From a virus (Duplodnaviria > Caudoviricetes), in IMG/VR virus record IMGVR_UViG_3300038327_000062, positions 1 to 28,099 of that record: DNA of 28,099 nucleotides. One strand, given 5' to 3'. The number at the start of each line of letters is the position of its first letter. The first letter of the stretch is position 1. The notes below the pieces were generated by a model. That model was given only the letters and a program-made list of their open reading frames with translations. It made no database searches and was not told the origin of the DNA. The position numbers and the translations under genes are program-made. Of the stretch, positions 1-7,105 are shown in pieces.

Positions 1-45
1 TTTGCATTCCATTTCTGCAACACTAAAATTCTTTGTAATCATCAT
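1..45 (-). CDS. 5' end of probable peptidase M15 (YcbK-like) endolysin, truncated by the window edge
   Basis: Manual translation MMITKNFSVAEMECK; the NF-x3-E-x2-C-K start is typical of phage M15 endolysins; GGAGGA SD 6 nt upstream; follows membrane-protein genes. Confidence 0.6.
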   Translation of the reverse strand, partial: MMITKNFSVAEMECK

Positions 46-118
46 AGCTATTCCTCCAATTATCAACCCATTGAATTGTCGTCTAGTACCAACCCACATG
101 GGGAAAGTTTAACTGCAA

Positions 119-298
119 TTAAGCAGTTTTCTTTTCCAAAGATTTTTTAAGTAACCCTACTAATTTATCATCAACATCAGAATCTGTTTTCTTAGCTAAT
201 GTCTCTAATAATAATATGATCACTTTTTCTATAACTTTGCTATTACCTAACATGCTGAAAGCCATAGACTTAACTACTCCTGCAATTATAAACGGCAT
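119..298 (-). CDS. Small hypothetical protein (59 aa), not in ORF track
   Basis: MPFIIAGVVKSMAFSMLGNSKVIEKVIILLLETLAKKTDSDVDDKLVGLLKKSLEKKTA; ATG directly follows upstream TAA; LAKKTDxxVDDxLV resembles small marine phage proteins. Confidence 0.75.
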   Translation of the reverse strand: MPFIIAGVVKSMAFSMLGNSKVIEKVIILLLETLAKKTDSDVDDKLVGLLKKSLEKKTA

Positions 299-433
299 TT
301 AATAATCCTTTTTAGGTTTACTTGTTAAGATAGAATTACTACTTTTAGTAAATTCTTCTTTTTCTTCTTCTTCTTTCTTCTTCTTAGGTGGTCTTCCTAC
401 TTGATTACCATATGTTCCTTCACCTTGTGGCAT
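299..433 (-). CDS. Small charged protein (44 aa) with GTYGxxxGRPPKK motif, not in ORF track
   Basis: MPQGEGTYGNQVGRPPKKKKEEEEKEEFTKSSNSILTSKPKKDY; AAGGAG SD upstream. Confidence 0.75.
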   Translation of the reverse strand: MPQGEGTYGNQVGRPPKKKKEEEEKEEFTKSSNSILTSKPKKDY

Positions 434-434
434 A

Positions 435-506
435 CTATCTCCTTTTCTTATATTGTTCGTGTAAATTTCTTAAACGGTCTAAATGATCTTTTTCATTCGG
501 AGTCAT
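435..506 (-). CDS. Possible 23-aa mini-ORF
   Basis: MTPNEKDHLDRLRNLHEQYKKRR; ATGA overlap with upstream stop; fills the intergenic gap. Confidence 0.4.
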   Translation of the reverse strand: MTPNEKDHLDRLRNLHEQYKKRR

Positions 507-691
507 TCTCTAGCCTTTAATACTTCTAAGTCTTCACTATTTGCACTAACTTGATACTTTATAACTTTAACATCACCAGATAACTCTGAGACTGTTATCA
601 TCAACCATGCAATTGCTCCAATGAACACACTACCAAATACCAACAGAATATTATTAACCGACATGTTATGGACTGACATATTCTTCTCCAT
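503..691 (-). CDS. Small single-TM membrane protein with coiled-coil tail (lysis-cassette candidate)
   Basis: Hydrophobic segment ILLVFGSVFIGAIAWLMITV followed by heptad-like tail; TAATG coupling. Confidence 0.65.
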   Translation of the reverse strand: MEKNMSVHNMSVNNILLVFGSVFIGAIAWLMITVSELSGDVKVIKYQVSANSEDLEVLKARE

Positions 692-969
692 TAGTATTTT
701 TTAAGGTCATCTCTATGATTTCTACCTGAATCAATACGCAGATCAGTAACCATCTCACGTAAATCATTTAAGTCTTCATCTAAATTATTTAACTTCTCTT
801 CTATGTTATCCTTCTTAGAGTCAATCAATATCATCTCGTTCTTAAGATCGATAATACTACTAAATAAGAATGTAACTGATCCAATTACCAACGTTAATAG
901 TAAAGGGGTAAGTATCTTTACTAAACTATGCTCAGCTATAGCTTCAAGATTGTTTTTAGTTGTTGGCAT
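691..969 (-). CDS. Single-TM membrane protein with coiled coil (lysis-cassette candidate)
   Basis: TM ILTPLLLTLVIGSVTFLFSSII followed by a Leu/Ile heptad pattern; TAATG coupling. Confidence 0.7.
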   Translation of the reverse strand: MPTTKNNLEAIAEHSLVKILTPLLLTLVIGSVTFLFSSIIDLKNEMILIDSKKDNIEEKLNNLDEDLNDLREMVTDLRIDSGRNHRDDLKKY

Positions 970-1235
970 TAGTTTTCTTCATCATGTTCTGGATCTCTTT
1001 TATCTTTGAACCAATAATCTGTAGATTTAGCGAGGACAGCCACGTAAGCCCCAAGAAGTATATTAACAAGGTCTCTCGATGAGTCTTTAACCTCTGCAAA
1101 AAACAACAAGTATAGTATCGCCAAGAACGTAATACCGTTTGCTGAACTGATGATAAATCTAGCCCAAAAGTTAAGTAACTTCCTGTTCTCAACTGCATTA
1201 CCTGCTCCACCAAATAGTGATCTGTGTTCTTTCAT
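969..1235 (-). CDS. Two-TM holin-like protein
   Basis: Two hydrophobic helices (FIISSANGITFLAILYLLFF; LVNILLGAYVAVLA), charged C-terminus, upstream of probable endolysin; GAGG SD. Confidence 0.6.
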   Translation of the reverse strand: MKEHRSLFGGAGNAVENRKLLNFWARFIISSANGITFLAILYLLFFAEVKDSSRDLVNILLGAYVAVLAKSTDYWFKDKRDPEHDEEN

Positions 1236-1471
1236 GATTCATCTATTCCTCAGCTTCAATATTATAGACAATCAGCCCAACGTCCATGTCAGACTGACTG
1301 AGTTTGAGACTCCGCTACGCAGTGGTCTCGAGTTGAATCTGCTTCTACCACTCTTTTATGAGTTATTGAACCATTAAGACAATCTTAACAGTTCATATCT
1401 TAGTGGTTAGTCTCACTAACCGTTTCCTGCATTCAACTGTACGATATTATCTGTGTACTTTCTTCATTCAT
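1220..1471. repeat. Imperfect 23-nt direct repeat (1220-1242 and 1449-1471, 20/23 identical)
   Basis: atctgtgttctttcatgattcat vs atctgtgtactttcttcattcat. Confidence 0.75.
1251..1453 (-). ncRNA. Putative structured RNA (multibranched), family unknown
   Basis: Hairpins at 1269-1300, 1306-1329, 1350-1363, 1367-1395, 1405-1421; long-range stem 1331-1338/1431-1438; mismatches resolve as G-U pairs on the minus strand. Confidence 0.65.
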
Positions 1472-1483
1472 TTATTTCACCTT

Positions 1484-2020
1484 TTATTTAGGAAAATAAT
1501 TAAAATTTAGTATAATTCTTTTATTCTCATCTGAGCAAGTTGCCCCTTTATGAGACATAGCTGAAGGAAATGAAATAAACCTATTTGCTACAGACTCTAT
1601 TTTTGTCCCATCTTCAAATAATGTATAGCCATTATTGGTGTTTAAATATAATATCCCAGTTCGCCATTCACTCATCCTACCATGATCTATAAAAGACAAA
1701 TCTCTATGGAATCTATTCTCTCTAATTTCATCTGTCCTTGGGAGCATATTAGCTTTCACAGATAAAAAAGTTAATGGATCAATCTTTTCAAGAGCAGGTG
1801 CGATTACATCATAGAATGGTGAAAAAGGATGCCCACTCAAAATGAAGACATGAATAAATTGGAACTTGCCAACCCCATCATCCTCGTAATCTATACCATC
1901 TTCAAATTTCCATAGTGGTTCATGGATTAAAGAGTTCTGTATTTCTCTAAATAATTCAAAATCCAAAAAACCATCTTCAAGGCATATAGAGCCACCCTGT
2001 GAGGTAGTGTTTTTGTCCAT
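1484..2020 (-). CDS. 2OG-Fe(II) oxygenase-like protein
   Basis: FHRD (HxD), ILYLNTNNGYTLF, distal H (SHKG), R-x3-NFNY terminus, typical of marine phage oxygenases. Confidence 0.8.
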   Translation of the reverse strand: MDKNTTSQGGSICLEDGFLDFELFREIQNSLIHEPLWKFEDGIDYEDDGVGKFQFIHVFILSGHPFSPFYDVIAPALEKIDPLTFLSVKANMLPRTDEIRENRFHRDLSFIDHGRMSEWRTGILYLNTNNGYTLFEDGTKIESVANRFISFPSAMSHKGATCSDENKRIILNFNYFPK

Positions 2021-2561
2021 CTTTCCTTATCGGGTTCCCCCTGTGTGTATGAGTAAAACCAGCAGGGAAAATCAACATACGCCCTGCCTTTGGTTCTATT
2101 CTATGTCCGTAATATAGGAACTCAAGTTCTCCTTCATCGGTATGGTCAGACAATGATAAATGCCAAACCAAATGCCTTTCTGGTTCTGTACCCTGTTCAT
2201 AATGCCAAGCATGATATCCTCCATGCTTTTCAACTGTGTGCCACTTTAGATGCCTCCAACTGACTTGCCTACCATCATTTAAAAATGGGTACTTTTCTAA
2301 ATACTCATTTAGGCATTGTTCTATAGTCTCATTTACCCATTGCAAATGTTCCATTGGGTTCGATTGCGAGGATAAAAAATAAACGTAATCTTGCCTGTGG
2401 GTTGCAGTACTTGGTAAAATTCCTCCATCTGAAATTGTCCTTGATCTATAAGTATCAATGCTCTCGCCATTCTTTTCAAAATGACTAATCATATCTGCTA
2501 CTTGTTCTTTACTTAAAGCATTATCATTGTAGTAAATAAAATCCTGCCATTGTTCTATCAT
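1977..2561 (-). CDS. 2OG-Fe(II) oxygenase (prolyl-4-hydroxylase-like)
   Basis: GGYHAWHYE (HxE), GELEF, PKAGRMLIFPAGFTHTHRGNP, KHYLTGW. Confidence 0.85.
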   Translation of the reverse strand: MIEQWQDFIYYNDNALSKEQVADMISHFEKNGESIDTYRSRTISDGGILPSTATHRQDYVYFLSSQSNPMEHLQWVNETIEQCLNEYLEKYPFLNDGRQVSWRHLKWHTVEKHGGYHAWHYEQGTEPERHLVWHLSLSDHTDEGELEFLYYGHRIEPKAGRMLIFPAGFTHTHRGNPIRKDGQKHYLTGWLYMP

Positions 2562-2574
2562 CTTCCCCCTTTCT

Positions 2575-2805
2575 CTATGATTGTCCTGCCTCCTCCTTAA
2601 TTTGCCTTTCAGTAACTAGAACCCAATCAACCCCTAACTTAACTTCACAGTCTGACCATTTCTTGATCTCCTGCAAAGAGCCATCGGGAAAATAAAGCAA
2701 CATCTTATCCTGATCAGCTTCCAATTTATGTCCAACGACATTTATCTTATGCCAAAACCATCTTCTTCGCCAGCGAAATTTGTACTGGTCATTAGTACTA
2801 GGCAT
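2575..2805 (-). CDS. Hypothetical protein (76 aa)
   Basis: Co-oriented ORF overlapping the upstream stop; Arg/Trp-rich N-terminus (KFRWRRRWFW). Confidence 0.7.
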   Translation of the reverse strand: MPSTNDQYKFRWRRRWFWHKINVVGHKLEADQDKMLLYFPDGSLQEIKKWSDCEVKLGVDWVLVTERQIKEEAGQS

Positions 2806-3487
2806 CCGTCACATCATTAAATATATCACGACTTTTCAAATACGTATAAATTTGAGAGGTCACATTTGTATCTTTCGGACTCTGAGCATCCGTACCGAAA
2901 AAGGAATCCCAATCAGATGCCATAAATGGTCTGTAAGATTCTCCCTTACCTATCTCCCTCATTGTAACGTTTTCAATGTCATTATACCAATACGTACCAT
3001 CCTTTAACTTATAATAGAGAGAGGTAGCTTGGTTTTCGTGGTATTTCCACACTTTATGTGTTGGTACTTTAAGGGCATCTAATTCAGATTGAGCTAGCAA
3101 CTCTCCATCCATCTGCCTTTTTACTTGTTCATCAGTTACTTCCGGGTAAACATCGAACCTTTCAGTAGTTTCTTCTATTTGATAAATACAGCAATGTACT
3201 TCTCCAGAAGTATCCGAATGCCTTAAATACTTTTTCTGGTCTTCCCATTTAGCACCAGTTTCAATTGTAATATCGGCTGGTCTTTCTGTTACAAATGATT
3301 CAATCTCTGGTATGTTTGTAATATCACCAAAAACGTCAAACGACTGAGTTGTGATAAGATCAGTCGGATATTTATTGGCGTTTTCGTATATAGAAAGTCT
3401 AAAAGTTATCCTTTTATCTTTCTTACTGAAATCCACATTATCAATATGTGAGTAGGTTCCAGATTTTAAATATCCTCCTAAAGCCAT
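2798..3487 (-). CDS. Hypothetical protein, possible tail-fibre-associated/assembly protein
   Basis: Directly downstream of tail fibre; AAGGAG SD; MAL start and YxYLK...FxxxxD end as in small proteins that follow fibre genes. Confidence 0.6.
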   Translation of the reverse strand: MALGGYLKSGTYSHIDNVDFSKKDKRITFRLSIYENANKYPTDLITTQSFDVFGDITNIPEIESFVTERPADITIETGAKWEDQKKYLRHSDTSGEVHCCIYQIEETTERFDVYPEVTDEQVKRQMDGELLAQSELDALKVPTHKVWKYHENQATSLYYKLKDGTYWYNDIENVTMREIGKGESYRPFMASDWDSFFGTDAQSPKDTNVTSQIYTYLKSRDIFNDVTDA

Positions 3488-3508
3488 TTTAACTCCTTCC
3501 TTTTTAAA

Positions 3509-6500
3509 TTAAATTACTCTTATTAAATAAACTACTCTCAAGTATGTAGGTACAATACTAAAGGCAGTGCCTGAGCCAGTATTAGCACAAGACATTCCGT
3601 GTGTGTGACCGTAACTATGACTGTGATCCATGCCATGAGTATGATTCGCAGAAAAGTTTCCTGTATTACCATGATGGTGAGCGCCTGTATTACTGGTACT
3701 CGCATTACCTGATCTAGTCACAACATTTGTCCACGCATAAAAGTCATTTACAGAATAAGTATTTCTGTGAGTGTTATGACTATGGTTTCCAGTATTACTT
3801 CCAGAATTGTGATAGTGGTTTGCACTTGTAGTACCAGTGTTGGCAGAACTCGCATTCCCTGTAGTCGATGCTGATTGACTGCTAGTTGTGACTGTATGAC
3901 TGTGAGCAGGGAGATTACCTACAGCAAGAGTTATAGTATTATTTGTTCCTGTACCCCCTGAATTTCCGTGTGAATTTCCTTGCAAGAATCTACCATCACT
4001 TAGATTGGGTGTATTTCCAGATAATGTTTGACTCCCCGGAATAGACGCACCGTCACATAACATCCATCCTTCTGAACTTACGGCACCTGACCCCGGAAGA
4101 CTATATGCACCACTAAGCTGAGATTGTACAGGAACTATTCCTCCAACTGGAACAACTCCATAACCTGTTGCTCCTGAACCCAGTATAGGATTTTTAATAT
4201 TCGTATCACCAGTTCCATGCGGCTGAATATCAATGTCTGCATTAGAAACTGATACTATATCGTTCCCATTACAATCTAAATTTCCGCCAAGTTGAGGGGT
4301 GCTGTCATCGACTAAATTATTAAATGTGGGAGTACTTAGCTGTGCAAAACTAGAACCATTGTGGAATTTCAATACATGATTTGTAGTATCCATCCATAAG
4401 TCCCCTTCACTAGGTGAACCCGGTTCTGAAGATGCTATTAAATATTCATTAGCATAACGATTAACATCAGCAATACTGCCTGCTACCGTTGTAACATTAG
4501 CACTAACGCCAGCAACAGTAGTTACGTTGGTCGATATGCCTGCTACTGTAGTTACATTTGCACTTATCCCTGCTACTGTTGTTATGTTTGCATCATTTGT
4601 TGCTACTGTAGTGACGTTACTATCGTTTGTTGCAACTGTAGTTACGTTGGCTGATATACCTGCGACTGTGTTAACATTTGCAATATTATTCCCAACAATA
4701 TCTACATTTACTACACTCGCTGCTACTGTATCAATCTCAGAGACTGCCTCATTAAGATCATTAGCCACAGTTTCTACTTCTGATATTGCTTCAGACAGAT
4801 CATTTGCAACAACTATCACATCTGCGATGTTAGTCGCTACTGTATTAACACTTGATATGTTTGTAGCAACAGTAGTCACATTAGCAGAAATCCCTGCTAC
4901 TGTAGTCACGTTTCCACTAATCCCTGCTACCGTAGTTACATTTGCCTGAATACCTGAAACAGTATTTATGTGACCCTGTTCTGTAGTTGTTGGTTGCATC
5001 CGTCTCCAAGTTGAAGAGGTTGCATCATATACCAACATGACATCATCCGTAGTATTAAAATATTTAACACCATCAGTTAATGCGTCACCATCATTGTTTA
5101 ATGCAGGCCCATCCTTTGTGCCGTTGAAATCACCATATATGCCATAACCTGTAAAAGTAAGCGCAACCCCTGAACCAGCCGCTGGCATATTATCTGAGAT
5201 TGTTACTACGCTTCCAGCGATAGATATTACATTTGGTTTTGGAGATGTGGGAATTCCTGTGCCTGTTACGACTTGCCCTACTTTTATATTGGATGTACTT
5301 ACTACTGTAATAGCGGAAGCATCCTTAGCCCACGTACCGTTAGTAGTTGGGTTAGTTCCTTGAGATGCACTGTCTGCCATCTCACCTAGGTACTTATCAT
5401 CAAACTTATCGAATATACGAGAGGCCGCATCTGCAGAAGCATTAGCCGCTGTTTCACTAGCCGCCGCCGCTGTAGCTGAAGCCGCACTCTTTGCGGCATG
5501 GTGTAATGATGAATAACTAGAACCTGTTACTGCGGAATCCTCTGCCTGTACTGCCCAATCTTTTGCTGATCCAACCGCTACGGTAGTTCCTATAGCATAT
5601 TCTTTTGCTGAATATTCTGCTGTATCAACGTATCCGCCTGTAGTTGTGGCCCATTCCTTTGCTGCACCCTTTAATGCAGTATCAGTAACGCCTGTACCAC
5701 CTACTGACCATGCTTTTGCCGAGTGATCTGATGTTGCTCCGCTTACTCCACCATCTACCTTAGTAGCGTAATCTTTTGCAGAACCTCCTGTGCTGGCCTG
5801 AGTACCTTGAGAGTATTCCTTAGACGAGTATGACGTCCCATCTACAGTAGCACTTGTGTCTTGCGACCACTGCTTTGCAGTACCGCCTGTAGCGAATGAA
5901 CCTTGTGCATACTCTTTAGCGGAAAACTCTGAGCCTGTTACTACTGCACCAGTCGTTGTCGCCCATGACTTAGAAGAACCATCTGCTTTATGAGTAGAAG
6001 TACCAGTAGCCCATTCTTTAGCGGACGCATCTGTACTTGTACTGCTTGGTGTTGTTGCTAAAGTAGCCCAATCTTTAGATGACCCAGAAGCAGCCGTAAC
6101 GCCTGTACCACCTTGTGCGTATGCTTTTGAACTAAATTCTCCTGTAGAAGATACTGCACCATCTGTTTTAATTGCAAAATCTTTTGCTGATCCAGTTGTA
6201 ACTGCTGATCCAGAAGCATGTTCTTTTGCTGAATATACACCAGTTTGTGCAGTAGCTATTGTGCCTTCAAAATGATTTACTACTGCTGGAGATTCAGTTG
6301 CATAGCTTTTTGATTCAAGTACATAATCTTCAGCTTTATCAATATTAATGGTTGTTACTCCAAGTGAACCTTGTGCATCAAATTTAAGAGACTTATTTGC
6401 ACGGTTAGTTGCAGTAACATTTAGACTCGCTTGTGATTCAGTTGCATCAGTAGATATTAGATTATCGTGGAATCGTAAATCTCTATCCGTTTTAGCATTT

Positions 6501-7105
6501 AGTTGTTGGGTTTGGTTTACTATTAAGTCTAATTGGTTTTCTAGTGACTCTGCTTCTATTAACGAGTTGTTTAATAAATCTATTGTTTGTGAATATGGAA
6601 CTTCTCTAGAAAAATAAAACTTAACGTTATTTAAAGGACGTTTACCGGACATCCATGAAACAGTTGCAACATTATTTGTAGAAATAGCTACTGTATAATC
6701 TGTCCCAAGAGTCTTTGTCGTTACTCTAGTCCATGTAAGAGAAGAACCATCAGTAGTTATATTAACAACACCTCCACCTACACTTAGTTCTACTTTGAAA
6801 GTTGTACCTACAATGTCTCTGACATAGTAATTAGTGTTTACTACGATACCTACAGGTAGTGTCCCACCAAATTTAATTATATCACCAGAAGTATGTCCAT
6901 GTGCAGTATTGGCAACATCATTAACAGTTACATTAGTAAATTTATCAGTACCGTTTTCTGCTGTAATTGTACCTGTATCTGTTACATAGACTTTGATATG
7001 TGAATCTTCCTTTACAGGAATATCAACAGTTCCATCGTTAAATACATAATCATCAGCAATACCATTACTAGTAAATTCTGCTCTACTTACATCAGTTGTA
7101 ATCAT
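3509..7105 (-). CDS. Tail fibre protein (T7 gp17-like N-terminal adaptor, repeat shaft, tail-collar domain, His-rich tip)
   Basis: N-terminal FTSNG...KVYV...TDYTV...LENQLD; internal repeats; PQLGGNLD; collar PVGGIV...GWMLCDG...TPNL..GRFL.G; HxH motifs; ends YLIRV. Confidence 0.9.
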   Translation of the reverse strand: MITTDVSRAEFTSNGIADDYVFNDGTVDIPVKEDSHIKVYVTDTGTITAENGTDKFTNVTVNDVANTAHGHTSGDIIKFGGTLPVGIVVNTNYYVRDIVGTTFKVELSVGGGVVNITTDGSSLTWTRVTTKTLGTDYTVAISTNNVATVSWMSGKRPLNNVKFYFSREVPYSQTIDLLNNSLIEAESLENQLDLIVNQTQQLNAKTDRDLRFHDNLISTDATESQASLNVTATNRANKSLKFDAQGSLGVTTINIDKAEDYVLESKSYATESPAVVNHFEGTIATAQTGVYSAKEHASGSAVTTGSAKDFAIKTDGAVSSTGEFSSKAYAQGGTGVTAASGSSKDWATLATTPSSTSTDASAKEWATGTSTHKADGSSKSWATTTGAVVTGSEFSAKEYAQGSFATGGTAKQWSQDTSATVDGTSYSSKEYSQGTQASTGGSAKDYATKVDGGVSGATSDHSAKAWSVGGTGVTDTALKGAAKEWATTTGGYVDTAEYSAKEYAIGTTVAVGSAKDWAVQAEDSAVTGSSYSSLHHAAKSAASATAAAASETAANASADAASRIFDKFDDKYLGEMADSASQGTNPTTNGTWAKDASAITVVSTSNIKVGQVVTGTGIPTSPKPNVISIAGSVVTISDNMPAAGSGVALTFTGYGIYGDFNGTKDGPALNNDGDALTDGVKYFNTTDDVMLVYDATSSTWRRMQPTTTEQGHINTVSGIQANVTTVAGISGNVTTVAGISANVTTVATNISSVNTVATNIADVIVVANDLSEAISEVETVANDLNEAVSEIDTVAASVVNVDIVGNNIANVNTVAGISANVTTVATNDSNVTTVATNDANITTVAGISANVTTVAGISTNVTTVAGVSANVTTVAGSIADVNRYANEYLIASSEPGSPSEGDLWMDTTNHVLKFHNGSSFAQLSTPTFNNLVDDSTPQLGGNLDCNGNDIVSVSNADIDIQPHGTGDTNIKNPILGSGATGYGVVPVGGIVPVQSQLSGAYSLPGSGAVSSEGWMLCDGASIPGSQTLSGNTPNLSDGRFLQGNSHGNSGGTGTNNTITLAVGNLPAHSHTVTTSSQSASTTGNASSANTGTTSANHYHNSGSNTGNHSHNTHRNTYSVNDFYAWTNVVTRSGNASTSNTGAHHHGNTGNFSANHTHGMDHSHSYGHTHGMSCANTGSGTAFSIVPTYLRVVYLIRVI
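4460..4970 (-). repeat. Coding tandem repeat, ~17 units of 10 aa (VTTVAGISAN-like)
   Basis: Visible in the protein and as degenerate 30-nt DNA repeats. Confidence 0.9.
5490..6320 (-). repeat. Coding repeat, ~16 units of ~17-20 aa with S[AS]K[ED][WYF]A core
   Basis: SAKEHA, SAKDFA, SSKAYA, SSKDWA, SAKEWA, SSKSWA, SAKEYA and others. Confidence 0.9.

Noticed and set aside
956-1213. 85-aa alternate-frame ORF inside the holin-like gene (Rz1-like?)
   Set aside because: GTG start without SD, no signal peptide or lipobox
1150-1377. Plus-strand 75-aa ORF across the structured RNA
   Set aside because: Antisense to the operon, no SD, no recognisable protein features
1300-1435. Group I intron-like words in the structured RNA (AUGCAGGAAA ~P, GAGACUA ~R, AAGAUAU ~S)
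   Set aside because: No Q element pairing to form P4, S lacks the AGUC needed for P7, and there is no suitable U/G splice-site pair; not called as an intron
1251-1453. Hammerhead, tRNA, tmRNA, cobalamin or c-di-GMP riboswitch identity
   Set aside because: Core motifs (CUGANGA/GAAA, cloverleaf with TPsiC loop, B12 box, GEMM consensus) not found in correct order on either strand
1236-3700. Diversity-generating retroelement, suggested by the BPP-1-like architecture
   Set aside because: No reverse transcriptase in the window and no template repeat resembling the fibre 3' end
4527-4949. Plus-strand repetitive 140-aa ORF, and other antisense ORFs such as 6348, 8459, 16451, 18352, 26245
   Set aside because: Shadow frames of real minus-strand genes
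4460-4970. CRISPR-like periodic DNA
   Set aside because: Degenerate 30-nt in-frame coding repeats with no constant repeat or unique spacers
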